Shown here: in pieces, positions 1 through 9,182 of the stretch
How the letters are laid out: the number at the start of each line of letters is the position of its first letter
How positions within the stretch are numbered: the first letter of the stretch is position 1
DNA from: a virus
Virus record (IMG/VR): IMGVR_UViG_3300030031_000041
Coordinates: 2,764-66,763 of that record
Length of the DNA: 64,000 bases
Strand: one strand, 5' to 3'
Translations under genes and position numbers: made by a program
Notes under the pieces: generated by a model
Told to the model about the DNA's origin: nothing
Databases searched by the model: none
What the model saw: only the letters and a program-made list of their open reading frames with translations

Positions 1-1
1 G

Positions 2-388
2 AAAGTTTCTGAGATCGGAGAACTGGAAGCGGTTATTGATTGTGAGGAATTAAGACCGTACATTTCTCCGTCGTACTACGAAACACAGTCCAGAGAATCC
101 ATGATTATTCGTAAAATGCGTAACAACATCATGAAGTCTATTCCTAAGAAATGGGATAATCCGGTGCAGGCTTATGAATATAACACGATGGATGCCACAT
201 ACAGAGAAGTGCAGGAAGAAATCGAACAGAACGCTAACAAAGAGGAATTCATTCCAGAGCCAATGGCAATCGAAGAACAGCCTAAACAGCCAACAGTCGC
301 AGAAGTCGTAAAGACTGCCGAGAAAGAACCAGTTCCGGCAGCAGTTGTTGAGCCAGAGATTCCAGATTTTATGAAGCAGGAGGAATAA
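2..388 (+). CDS. hypothetical protein, 5-prime partial (frame open to window start)
   Basis: ORF track 101..388; same frame has no stop back to nt 2; acidic/Pro-rich C-terminus. Confidence 0.4.
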   Translation, partial: KVSEIGELEAVIDCEELRPYISPSYYETQSRESMIIRKMRNNIMKSIPKKWDNPVQAYEYNTMDATYREVQEEIEQNANKEEFIPEPMAIEEQPKQPTVAEVVKTAEKEPVPAAVVEPEIPDFMKQEE

Positions 389-400
389 CGAGGTGATAGC

Positions 401-802
401 ATGATCGGGACGTTAGAAGAAGTCATGAAGGATATGAAATATGGCGTACTTGATTTCACAAAGGACGGTAAATGCAGTGGTTGTGGACAATGTTGTAGCA
501 ACTACTTGCCAATATCCAGTAAAGAAATTAAAGAAATTAAACGTTACGTAAAGAAGCATCATATCACTGAACAGAAGCATAATTATCCTTCAGTTGTGGC
601 ATTTGACCTTACTTGCCCGTTCCTGGATGATTCCAAGTCAAAAGAAAAATGTCTTATATATCAAGTGAGACCTGAGATATGCAGAGATTTTGTCTGCAAC
701 AATCCGAACGGGGCAATCAAAAACAAGAAACTTATGCATAAGAAGTACGCAGCAGTAGATATGCGAGAAATATTTTTTGGAGGCAACGGGAATGAACAAT
801 AA
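401..802 (+). CDS. YkgJ/UPF0153-like Cys-cluster protein
   Basis: CSGCGQCC (CxxCxxCC) motif near N-terminus plus second Cys pair; RBS GAGGTG upstream. Confidence 0.5.
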   Translation: MIGTLEEVMKDMKYGVLDFTKDGKCSGCGQCCSNYLPISSKEIKEIKRYVKKHHITEQKHNYPSVVAFDLTCPFLDDSKSKEKCLIYQVRPEICRDFVCNNPNGAIKNKKLMHKKYAAVDMREIFFGGNGNEQ

Positions 803-1394
803 AGAAATTTTACAGAAAGCAAAGGAACTGGTTGAACTTCTGGAAAAACAGGAAGAAGCTGACAAAGTTGTGCTGTCAACACTGAAACGAGGAGATGTGT
901 TTCAGACCACTGGAAAGCGTAAATACAAGGTTCTGGAACAGTATGGAGATACAACGAAAATTATTTCGCTTGATCTGGTGAAAGAAAAGGTAGAGTTTGG
1001 TGATACCTTAGATTACAAAACATCAAAGGTAAAGAAACTGTGTGACACTGAAATCCTGAAAGACTTCGAAGAAGAATTCGGGGCAGGAAATATCGAGACA
1101 CACACAGCAGATATTATCACTGCGGATGGACAGAAATTGTGGACTGTTGATTGTAAAATTCGACCGATTACGTTTGATGAAGCACGAGAATACACAGATA
1201 TTACACCGAACAATGATCTGAACGACTGGTATTGGACGTTGTCGCCATGGTCGACAGAAGAGCGCGGTTGGAGTAGAAACTTAGCCGTTGTTTCCCCTTC
1301 GGGCTGTATCGGCGGCCGCCGTTGCGTCGGGGGTGGTGTTCGCCCAGTTTGTATCTTAAAATCTAATATCTTTGTATCTAAGGTGGAGGAATGA
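792..1394 (+). CDS. DGR variable (target) protein 1, C-terminal CLec-like variable region
   Basis: VR1 at C-terminus; W-rich motif DWYWTLSPWST before VR, ends ...VVSPSG..GVRPV; RBS GGAGG 8 nt before ATG 792. Confidence 0.75.
   Translation: MNNKEILQKAKELVELLEKQEEADKVVLSTLKRGDVFQTTGKRKYKVLEQYGDTTKIISLDLVKEKVEFGDTLDYKTSKVKKLCDTEILKDFEEEFGAGNIETHTADIITADGQKLWTVDCKIRPITFDEAREYTDITPNNDLNDWYWTLSPWSTEERGWSRNLAVVSPSGCIGGRRCVGGGVRPVCILKSNIFVSKVEE
1286..1345 (+). repeat. DGR variable repeat VR1 (plus IMH-like GTTTGTATCTT to ~1357)
   Basis: aligns to TR 2393-2457; 14 substitutions all at TR adenines plus one AAC codon deletion. Confidence 0.8.
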
Positions 1395-1996
1395 TTGTGA
1401 AGAAAAATCTGAAATATTTTGAGGATGAATTATCCAGATTAAGTAAAGAGTTCACAGAATTCAAGAAAAAGCACATCGGAAAGCCGGAAATCGGAAAAGC
1501 TATTAAGCTTGCTGGCATGGAATGGCTGATTCTGGATAATACAGAAAAAGGATATTTTGCCATTTTGAATGGATTTGATGGAAAAGAAAGAACATTTGAT
1601 TCAGATTCAAATAACTGGATTTCAAGTAAACTGAGAAATGAGTTAAACACTCGTTTTCTTAAAAAAATTACGGACGAGCTTGGAGAAGATGCAGTTATTG
1701 AGCTTGATCGAGATTTGCTTTCTCTGGACGGTCAGACAGAATACGGACATTGTAAAGATAGGATTTCACTTTTGACTGTGGATGAGTACCGGAAATATCG
1801 TAAATTGCTGCCGAACATGTCGAAATGGTGGTGGTTGATTACGCCATGGAGTACACCAGTAAATGATTACAGTACAACAATTACCGTTGTTTCCCCTTCG
1901 GGCTATATCTTCTTCATCCATTGCTACAACGTTCTTGGTGTTCGCCCGGTTTGTATCTTTTCTTCTTCAATCTTTGAAACAGGAAATGATGATTGA
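1391..1996 (+). CDS. DGR variable (target) protein 2, paralog of target 1
   Basis: VR2 at C-terminus; KWWWLITPWST motif; start overlaps stop of target 1. Confidence 0.75.
   Translation: MIVKKNLKYFEDELSRLSKEFTEFKKKHIGKPEIGKAIKLAGMEWLILDNTEKGYFAILNGFDGKERTFDSDSNNWISSKLRNELNTRFLKKITDELGEDAVIELDRDLLSLDGQTEYGHCKDRISLLTVDEYRKYRKLLPNMSKWWWLITPWSTPVNDYSTTITVVSPSGYIFFIHCYNVLGVRPVCIFSSSIFETGNDD
1883..1947 (+). repeat. DGR variable repeat VR2 (plus IMH-like GTTTGTATCTT to ~1959)
   Basis: 65-nt alignment to TR with 10 mismatches, all at 10 of the 18 TR adenines, no non-A differences. Confidence 0.85.
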
Positions 1997-2367
1997 TGGC
2001 GAATGAAGATTTAAAGGTAATAACAAAGGCCAAGCAACTTGCAAAGCATACATTAATAGTTACGAGTAATGCCAGACGATACCCGAAAAAATACAGGTTT
2101 TCACTTGTAGATAAAATGCAAAATAAAGCATTGGAAATTTATGAGTTACTATTTGAAGCCAACCGAACTGATCTGAAAGATTATAAAAGAGAACGATTAG
2201 AACTTCAAACAAAAGCCATTACTTATTGTGATGAGTTGATGTACTTTATAGAACTTTCATATGAATTAGGAATTATCAATTCCGGTGGAATGGAAGCATG
2301 GTCGCAAATGGTAAAAGATATAAAGTACATGACTATTTCATGGAGAACAAAAGACAGAAAAAGATAA
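1993..2367 (+). CDS. avd: accessory variability determinant (Avd)-like protein
   Basis: 124 aa basic helical ORF located between targets and TR/RT, the canonical Avd position. Confidence 0.6.
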   Translation: MMANEDLKVITKAKQLAKHTLIVTSNARRYPKKYRFSLVDKMQNKALEIYELLFEANRTDLKDYKRERLELQTKAITYCDELMYFIELSYELGIINSGGMEAWSQMVKDIKYMTISWRTKDRKR

Positions 2368-2392
2368 TTTTCACAGGTTATGCACTGCGAAT

Positions 2393-2457
2393 ACCGTTGT
2401 TTCCCCTTCGGGCTATATCAACAACAACCATTGCAACAACGAAAATGGTGTTCGCCC
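2393..2457 (+). repeat. DGR template repeat (TR), intergenic, AAC-rich
   Basis: intergenic copy of VRs with A at every variable position (AACAACAAC..AACAAC GAAAAT); 3-prime flank differs from VR flank (IMH* vs IMH). Confidence 0.85.
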
Positions 2458-2562
2458 AACATGGATCACATGCAGACAGAGTAAGCGTAAAGCTGAAATC
2501 AGAAAAGATACAAGCAAATGCATAACCTTTCCGCAATGGACAAACATAAAGGAACAAAATAA

Positions 2563-3582
2563 ATGGATAAAGAAATTGTTGCAAATTTTGAGAATTTATA
2601 TCGTTCTTACAAAAAGGTTAAGAGCGGTAAAAAATTTAATTCAGGTACTGCAAGATTTTCTAATTTGTCTCTTGAAGGCATTCATCTCTTGAAGGAACAA
2701 TTAGAAAGTCAAACGTATACCATAAATCCGTATAATAAATTTCAAATTCATGAGCCAAAAGAGCGAACGATAGAATCATGTGCATTTAAGGACAAAGTAG
2801 TGCAGAGATGCTTTTCTGATTACATTTTGACACCAAAACTTGAAAATATCCTGATTAAATGGAACACTGCCGGGCAGCAAGGAAAAGGGCAACACATGGC
2901 AATGGACGGGTTAAAAAATCAAATGTTGGATTTCTATAAAAGAAATGGAATGAATAGTTGGATTGTAAAATGTGATATTCACAAATACTTTTATTGCATA
3001 GACCATGAAATCATGAAAGATGTTTTGGATTATTACTTTGATGATGATTTTACAGTCTGGTTAAACCATTTGTTTATTGACAGTACAGGTAATCCCGGGC
3101 TTCCATTAGGAAATCAGGTAAATCAGAAGTACGCATTGTTGCTTTTACATTCACTGGATCAGATGATAACGATTGAATTTGGAAATCCATATTACGGACG
3201 ATACAACGATGATTTTTATGTGATTTGTAAAACGAAAGAAGATGCCAGAGAAATTCTTGAGGCAATCCGAAAGATGGTTGAAAGCCTTGGACTGGAACTA
3301 AACCCTAAATCACAAATTGTACCATTTCGCATGGGCTTGTGTTATCTGGGCTTTCATCATTACGTGACTGATGAAGGAAAATATATCAGAAAATTGCGTG
3401 GTGATAAGAAACGAAAAACACAGAGAAAAATCCGAAGATGGGTACGGGCAGTAAATGACAGGAAGATGTTGATAGAAAAATTTCATGAAAAATACGGAGC
3501 ATGCAAGAATCATATGCTTCATGGAAATTGCACCAAACTATGCCATAGTATGGATTTGGATATTGAAAGGAGAATGAAGTGA
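2563..3582 (+). CDS. DGR reverse transcriptase
   Basis: RT motifs: LPLGNQVNQ (DGR-type [I/L]GxxxSQ-like motif 4), YNDDF catalytic box (YxDD), 339 aa. Confidence 0.85.
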   Translation: MDKEIVANFENLYRSYKKVKSGKKFNSGTARFSNLSLEGIHLLKEQLESQTYTINPYNKFQIHEPKERTIESCAFKDKVVQRCFSDYILTPKLENILIKWNTAGQQGKGQHMAMDGLKNQMLDFYKRNGMNSWIVKCDIHKYFYCIDHEIMKDVLDYYFDDDFTVWLNHLFIDSTGNPGLPLGNQVNQKYALLLLHSLDQMITIEFGNPYYGRYNDDFYVICKTKEDAREILEAIRKMVESLGLELNPKSQIVPFRMGLCYLGFHHYVTDEGKYIRKLRGDKKRKTQRKIRRWVRAVNDRKMLIEKFHEKYGACKNHMLHGNCTKLCHSMDLDIERRMK

Positions 3583-3932
3583 AATTAATTAGTCAGAATG
3601 GGGAATTTGATGTTCCTTATGAAATTGCAGTATTAAGTAGAACAGGAAATATCATAAGAGTATATGTGCCGATAGTTGGTGAAAAAGGAACAATTATGGC
3701 GACATACTCAACAGAAGAAAAGGCTAAGAAAGTTATGGAAATGTTGCACAACACATATACAGGAGCATTCTTCGCACAGAATATAGAAGTTCCAGAAGAT
3801 ATCGAAAAGGAATTTATGAATATGGCAGCAACAAAAGGTTTTGGAATTATTAAAACTGCTATTGATAGTTCTGATATAAAATTCGAACCGGCAAACATTG
3901 TGTTTAGATTTCCAGAGGATGATGAAGTATGA
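3579..3932 (+). CDS. hypothetical protein (paralog of 8662..9003; both end FxxPEDxEV)
   Basis: GTG start with RBS; shares YSTEEKAKKV..../PEDDEV pattern with 8662..9003. Confidence 0.5.
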   Translation: MKLISQNGEFDVPYEIAVLSRTGNIIRVYVPIVGEKGTIMATYSTEEKAKKVMEMLHNTYTGAFFAQNIEVPEDIEKEFMNMAATKGFGIIKTAIDSSDIKFEPANIVFRFPEDDEV

Positions 3933-4132
3933 AAAGAGTAGACAGTAAGAAAGACTGGGAACAGGTAATAACCATTGAACTTCCGTTGAAGCAACTCAAA
4001 TTAATGCGAGATAGCATGTGCAAAGTAAGCTATGCGGAGTTAGAGAGCCTAAATAAAGGAAAAGACATTCCATATGCCTATTCCGATTTAGAAAAAGCCA
4101 TAGATGAAGTTGAAAATATCTTAGAAGCATAA
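3929..4132 (+). CDS. hypothetical protein
   Basis: ORF track, start overlaps upstream stop. Confidence 0.4.
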   Translation: MKRVDSKKDWEQVITIELPLKQLKLMRDSMCKVSYAELESLNKGKDIPYAYSDLEKAIDEVENILEA

Positions 4133-4163
4133 ATGCAATGTACAGAAAGCGAGGTGATGTCAT

Positions 4164-4925
4164 TTGTTCATGCGAGTAATTTCAACAGGTAGTACCAAAG
4201 GAAATTGTTACGCTTTGCAGTCAAGTGCAGACGAGATTGTTCTTCTTGACTGCGGATGCAACTACAAGAAAATCCTCAGAGGGATTGACTACCAGATAAG
4301 CAATGTTTCTGGCGTACTTCTCTCCCATGAACACGGAGATCACACTGGCAATCACAACAAAACTGTTCGTGAAATCATGAACGCTGGAATCACGGTCTAT
4401 ACCGGAGCAGAAACAATCAAAAATTTAGGCATAACGGACGGAACTATAAAAGCTGTTGCTAAAAAGAAATACTTCAAAATCGACTCGTTCAGCGCAGTTC
4501 CGTTCAGCCTGCCACATACATCTGCAAATAAAGAGCCGTGCCCGAACTTCGGGTATCTAGTGGAACATGAGGAAATGGGAAAGCTTCTTTACCTGACAGA
4601 CTTTGAGCATTGCCGGTACAAATTCAAATCAATGGAACTTAATCATTTGGTTATTGGTTGTAATTACTGCGAGGAGCTGATAGACAGAAACAACTCGAAG
4701 TGGGAGCACCAGATCACTGGGCATTGCTCTTTATCAACTTGCAAGCAATTCGTTAAGCAGAATCGCACAGAATCGCTTCGGACAGTAACACTTGTACATT
4801 TAAGTGGGGATTCATCTGATGCCCGTAAAATACAGCGAGAAATACAAGAAGTTACAGGAAACAATGTTCTGGTTCAGATTGGACGGGCTGGACTGGAAGT
4901 TGACTTGAATTTATGCCCGTTCTGA
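4164..4925 (+). CDS. MBL-fold metallo-hydrolase
   Basis: LSHEHGDHTGN (HxHxDH) motif. Confidence 0.65.
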   Translation: MFMRVISTGSTKGNCYALQSSADEIVLLDCGCNYKKILRGIDYQISNVSGVLLSHEHGDHTGNHNKTVREIMNAGITVYTGAETIKNLGITDGTIKAVAKKKYFKIDSFSAVPFSLPHTSANKEPCPNFGYLVEHEEMGKLLYLTDFEHCRYKFKSMELNHLVIGCNYCEELIDRNNSKWEHQITGHCSLSTCKQFVKQNRTESLRTVTLVHLSGDSSDARKIQREIQEVTGNNVLVQIGRAGLEVDLNLCPF

Positions 4926-4936
4926 AAGGAGATAGG

Positions 4937-5161
4937 ATGATAAATTTAAAAAATTGGAAAGAGGTTACGAAAGGGCTTTACAGATATGTTGTTTCATCAA
5001 ATGTTGCATACGAAATTCACGTCAAATATTGGGACATGGACACAGACATTTTAAGTGCGAATGCAAGTCTGTACATTGTTGGTGATTGGCGTTCGAGAGA
5101 TGGAAAAACACAAGAGAAAGAGAGCGCTTACTTGAATCTGCGCCTGTCATGGCTTGCTTAG
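4937..5161 (+). CDS. hypothetical protein
   Basis: ATG 4937 preceded by AGGAGATAGG; ORF track 4913..5161. Confidence 0.4.
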   Translation: MINLKNWKEVTKGLYRYVVSSNVAYEIHVKYWDMDTDILSANASLYIVGDWRSRDGKTQEKESAYLNLRLSWLA

Positions 5162-5321
5162 CCAAAGCAGAAGAAGATAATATTGAAAATAATGTCGAAT
5201 CTTAGAGGAGATAAGCCATGAACGAATTAACTGATTGTAGCAAATGTAGATTCCGTAATTGCTGTACGTTAGCATGGGATTACGGCTCGCTTTACTGTAA
5301 CGATTATGAGGAGGAAGATAC

Positions 5322-5693
5322 ATGAAAATTTTCTTAAAAGTGCTGGAAAAGTTAAAGAAAAAACAGTCTTCAAGCAAAATTACAGACGCATATCTCGGAT
5401 GTCAATACGATAAGGGCTGGAATGATGCAATCGAAAAGGTTGAGAAACTGATTAATTCCTATAGCTTATCGGATATGTGGATTCCAGTAGACGTGAAACT
5501 GCCTCCGGAACCAAAACCTAATCATATTTTCAAAGGAGACATATATTTGATTGCTACCGAAAAAGGAACAATTCCATTCAGAGCAATGTGGAATGGAGAA
5601 TATTTTACAGACGGTTTCGAAAAATTGAAAGTAATTGCATGGATGCCTTTGCCAGCTATGCCAGAACCGTACAAGGAGAACAAACATGAATAA
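5322..5693 (+). CDS. DUF551-like phage protein
   Basis: WIPVDVKLPPE ... IAWMPLP motifs typical of DUF551; paralog of 9179..9505. Confidence 0.55.
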   Translation: MKIFLKVLEKLKKKQSSSKITDAYLGCQYDKGWNDAIEKVEKLINSYSLSDMWIPVDVKLPPEPKPNHIFKGDIYLIATEKGTIPFRAMWNGEYFTDGFEKLKVIAWMPLPAMPEPYKENKHE

Positions 5694-6109
5694 AGTAATT
5701 TTGATCGGACGTTTGATTAAAGATCCAGACATCCGAATGGGAACAAATGATACCAAGATTGCCAGATACACGCTTGCAGTCGAAAGACAGTATCGCAAAA
5801 ATAATGAACGCACATCAGACTTCATAAATTGTGTTGCGCTTGGAAAAAAATGGTGAGTTTGCCGAAAAGTACTTGCATAAAGGCATGAAAATTGCGATTG
5901 TCGGCTCATGGCAGACTGGAAATTATACTGACAAGGACGGTAAGAAAGTTTACACAAATGATTGCCTTGTTGCATCTCAAGAATTTGCGGAAAGCAAGAA
6001 GAGCCAGCCAGAAGAACAGTCGCAACCACCAGTTCCAAGTCCAGAACAGGACACAAGTGGATTCATGGATATGCCGTCAATTATGGACGATGAACTTCCG
6101 TTTAATTAA
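5686..6109 (+). pseudogene. ssb: single-stranded DNA-binding protein, reading frame interrupted at A7 tract 5844-5850
   Basis: N-terminal MNKVILIGRL..SDFINCVALG in frame 1 stops at 5856; OB-fold continuation and C-terminal acidic tail DDELPF in frame 2 (5831..6109); deleting one A restores full SSB. Confidence 0.65.
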
Positions 6110-6120
6110 GGAGTGATGAA

Positions 6121-6540
6121 ATGGTACAAACAGGACAGATTATTTATTTTAGCAATCAGAAAATGATGTGCTTTGATGTTGAATCCATTGAGGATATTAC
6201 TGAACCACCAGAACAAATAGAAACTACATCGGTTTATGGCGAAACAAGAACATATGTGCCGGCAATGATGAATCCAACAACTCTTGTTGTAACTGGAAAG
6301 GAACTTGTAAAACTTGACCCAACAACCATGAAACGCATCGCCAGATATAATCTGGAAAAAGAGAACGCAGCACTGCTTAAAGAAATTGAAGAACGCAAAA
6401 AGGTTATTGATGATCTCGAACAGAAAGAACAGGTCTTGCGTGGCAGGTTCAGAAAGGCAATATCTACATTTAAAGAAATCATGGAAAATGGTTACTATGA
6501 TGATGGTGAAGAAGATGATGATGAAGATGAATGGGAGTGA
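6121..6540 (+). CDS. hypothetical protein with acidic C-terminus
   Basis: ORF track; coiled-coil plus DDGEEDDDEDEWE tail. Confidence 0.45.
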   Translation: MVQTGQIIYFSNQKMMCFDVESIEDITEPPEQIETTSVYGETRTYVPAMMNPTTLVVTGKELVKLDPTTMKRIARYNLEKENAALLKEIEERKKVIDDLEQKEQVLRGRFRKAISTFKEIMENGYYDDGEEDDDEDEWE

Positions 6541-6546
6541 TACTGG

Positions 6547-7125
6547 GTGGACTACAGAAAGGTTTTCGCCATAAATCAAGAGCGAGAAAACAGAATACAA
6601 AAGATATGTCCAAACATTCCGAATTCTAGTGGCATATATGCTTTTTACAGGGTGGATGAAGCTGGGATTAGGCGCAGTTACGTGGGACAAGCACTCAGGC
6701 TTCGCGAGAGATGTGCGGGCCATTTAGGCGAATATGACCACATAGCATTAAGCCTTAAAAAGCATAAGTTTTACAGTAAAAGCAATCCTACTGGTTGGAA
6801 ACTTGCATACAGAACTTGCCCTAAAAGTGAGCTTGACCAAAAAGAAATTGAAACGATCAAGACTTTTGCAGATAAAGGCTTCCAGATGTACAACATTACA
6901 GCTGGCGGACAATCAACCGGTAAGCAAGTAACAGGGCAGTACAAACCGCCTAAGACATACAGACAGGGTATACAGCAAGGCAAAATTACCCTTGCAAGAG
7001 AATTAAAACATATCATTGATACTCACTTAGATGTATCAATCAAACCAGAGAAATCAAACAACAAGGTGTCTATAAAGGCACTTGAGAAATTCAATAATCT
7101 TCTTGATGAAGAATCTTACAAATGA
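6547..7125 (+). CDS. GIY-YIG domain nuclease-like protein
   Basis: GIYAFYRV...YVGQA...R...H motif pattern of GIY-YIG; GTG start. Confidence 0.55.
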   Translation: MDYRKVFAINQERENRIQKICPNIPNSSGIYAFYRVDEAGIRRSYVGQALRLRERCAGHLGEYDHIALSLKKHKFYSKSNPTGWKLAYRTCPKSELDQKEIETIKTFADKGFQMYNITAGGQSTGKQVTGQYKPPKTYRQGIQQGKITLARELKHIIDTHLDVSIKPEKSNNKVSIKALEKFNNLLDEESYK

Positions 7126-7766
7126 TAAAGCTGCCAGTTCTGGCAGACAAAATCCCAAATAATTACAACTAAATATGCGCACGCCCTCTGGGTTTGGACT
7201 GATTCATGCAACTTCCTTGGCATATGAGCGCGATCTGAACCCAGAGGTTAAAAGAAATGAGGTAACTATGGTAAGTAAATATAACGCCGAAAGAAAGTAT
7301 CTCGAAGGGCAAGAGAACAGAACTGATCGAACGTGGAAAGAATATGTCCAGAAATAAATCAATTGATTACGAAGAAACGTCAGATTTCGATTCTGATGAT
7401 GATAACGAGGAAATGTTCACGTTTTAATGAAAGGCGGTTTTAGATAAAAATGAGCAAAGTAAAATCTTATGGTTTAAAAGCCTACGTATCCAATGCATTT
7501 GATTTGCATGTTGGAAAAAGAATTAAATACTCAGAAAGTGGTGAGGACGGAATAGAACATATATACGAAGTAAAACAGATGTTTTCATTTTGCGTTTTAC
7601 TGGAAGATATTTTCGATCACACAAGAATTTGCCCTTGTTATAGCAAATTAAGTTTGATGTTAAGAGGGATTGAATAAGAATCTGGTTAAGAAGATGGGAG
7701 TATAAAATTATGGAGGACTGCACAATAGCGTGTCAGTTGTTTACATAGGGAAAGGGAATAAGAAAA

Positions 7767-8291
7767 ATGAGAGATAAAGAACGCATTTTGATGATTATTA
7801 TTTCAAGGATCATACCGGGACTGACTTCTTGTACGGCAAAGAAAGAACATTATATTCGACCGTTTATATTTAACACGCATGAATTAAAAGCCGGTGATCT
7901 AGTTATGGCGAATACTACTATTTTCCCGAATGAATTTATGGTCGGTTTCGTGCATGAGGTAAAAAGTGATTGCGTCGTTATCCGGGAAATAGGCTCTAAA
8001 AAGTTGTGCAATTATTATAACGAAACTTTTTCGGTCATTAACAAGGAAAAACTGGGGTACGAAATTCTTGAAGGTGTGCAGTATAAAACGTATCAGAAAG
8101 TTTTGAAGGCATTTTCAAAATACACAAGCTATTCAACCAGATTTCGAAGTATAGAATTTTCTGGTAATACTTGCACGGTAACAAGCAGGATAATGTTCAA
8201 GAACGACAAAAACGGCGAAATTTCTTTCGAGTACAACCAGAAGACGAAAATTTCCGATATAGGTAAATTGTTGGAAAAAGCCGGGTTATAA
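7767..8291 (+). CDS. hypothetical protein
   Basis: ORF track. Confidence 0.4.
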   Translation: MRDKERILMIIISRIIPGLTSCTAKKEHYIRPFIFNTHELKAGDLVMANTTIFPNEFMVGFVHEVKSDCVVIREIGSKKLCNYYNETFSVINKEKLGYEILEGVQYKTYQKVLKAFSKYTSYSTRFRSIEFSGNTCTVTSRIMFKNDKNGEISFEYNQKTKISDIGKLLEKAGL

Positions 8292-8320
8292 TACGAAAAC
8301 GGGGAAAGTGAGGATGAGAA

Positions 8321-8668
8321 ATGGAGAAATTAAAACCTTGTCCGTTTTGTGGAGGAAAAGCAATAACCGAATGTTGGGCTAGTGGAGGCATTATGTACAT
8401 GGTTAAGTGCGGTAATCCAGATTGCGTTGTACCAGCGGAAGGTTATCCTTCTGGAAGAAATTTGACAGCTGTAAGAGAACAGTGGAATAGGAGGGTAAAA
8501 AAAATGAGCTACTGTGGCGGAACCTGTAAGTATCTGAATACAAGAAAACACAAATGCGAATTGACAGGAGAAAAACTCACATACATGACAAACAGTTGTG
8601 GAATCGAGTATTCAGTGCATGAGCACAGAGGATTCTGTGAGAAAGACAAGGAGGACGCAAAATGCTAA
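8321..8668 (+). CDS. Lar-family restriction-alleviation-like Zn-ribbon protein
   Basis: N-terminal KLKPCPFCGG motif and WNRR motif characteristic of Lar family. Confidence 0.5.
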   Translation: MEKLKPCPFCGGKAITECWASGGIMYMVKCGNPDCVVPAEGYPSGRNLTAVREQWNRRVKKMSYCGGTCKYLNTRKHKCELTGEKLTYMTNSCGIEYSVHEHRGFCEKDKEDAKC

Positions 8669-9003
8669 TCAGAAGTCAGGATAATAAAACACTGTTTAAT
8701 TTCACGCAATGCATCAATATTGGAGAGCACGGAAAAGGTGCTGTGATTTATGTTAATAATTTGTATCCGGCAGGCGAGTATTCTACCGCAGAAAAAGCTT
8801 TAAAGGTACTGGATATGATTCAGGATGCATACATGGAGTACAAATCTGGCGAAATTGTTGGCAACGGGCTGGCGGGATCAGCATATACAGGAAGCTATGA
8901 TACAAAAGAAAGTGTGGCGCATGGAATTGCTGTATTAAAAGGCTATGGAAATGAGATAAGAAAATCAATCCTGTTTCAGATGCCAGAAGATAGTGAGGTG
9001 TAA
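8662..9003 (+). CDS. hypothetical protein (paralog of 3579..3932)
   Basis: RBS AGGAGG; YSTAEKALKV.. and C-terminal QMPEDSEV shared with 3579..3932. Confidence 0.5.
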   Translation: MLIRSQDNKTLFNFTQCINIGEHGKGAVIYVNNLYPAGEYSTAEKALKVLDMIQDAYMEYKSGEIVGNGLAGSAYTGSYDTKESVAHGIAVLKGYGNEIRKSILFQMPEDSEV

Positions 9004-9005
9004 GT

Positions 9006-9182
9006 ATGAACAAGACCAATATTGGCTCTTTGAAACATGGAGATGTTTTCCAATATAAATGCGAAATGTATAGAGCTGGACATGTAATCGAAAATACAGA
9101 TGGATATGTTTCTTGCACAAATATCAAAACACGCAAAGTTGAAAGGATTTACATAGATACAGAAGTGGAGGTGGAAGTATGA
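9006..9182 (+). CDS. small hypothetical protein
   Basis: ATG 9006 in frame to TGA 9182; GDVFQ motif also seen in DGR target 1 N-terminus. Confidence 0.35.
   Translation: MNKTNIGSLKHGDVFQYKCEMYRAGHVIENTDGYVSCTNIKTRKVERIYIDTEVEVEV

Larger units (their letters stand above)
777..3582 (+). mobile_element. diversity-generating retroelement cassette (target1-target2-avd-TR-RT)
   Basis: VR/TR repeats with adenine-specific mismatches, Avd-sized basic ORF, RT with YxDD box. Confidence 0.85.

Noticed and set aside
2298-2525. 75-aa ORF overlapping the template repeat
   Set aside because: It lies on the intergenic TR of the DGR, has no RBS and low-complexity translation. TR is expected to be noncoding.
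5466-6056. 196-aa minus-strand ORF
   Set aside because: Antisense to the DUF551 and SSB genes, no RBS, Cys/Phe-rich random-like composition. It is an artefact of AT-rich coding sequence on the other strand.
6106-6723. 205-aa minus-strand ORF
   Set aside because: Antisense to two well-supported + strand genes. Extremely Phe/Ile-rich low complexity.
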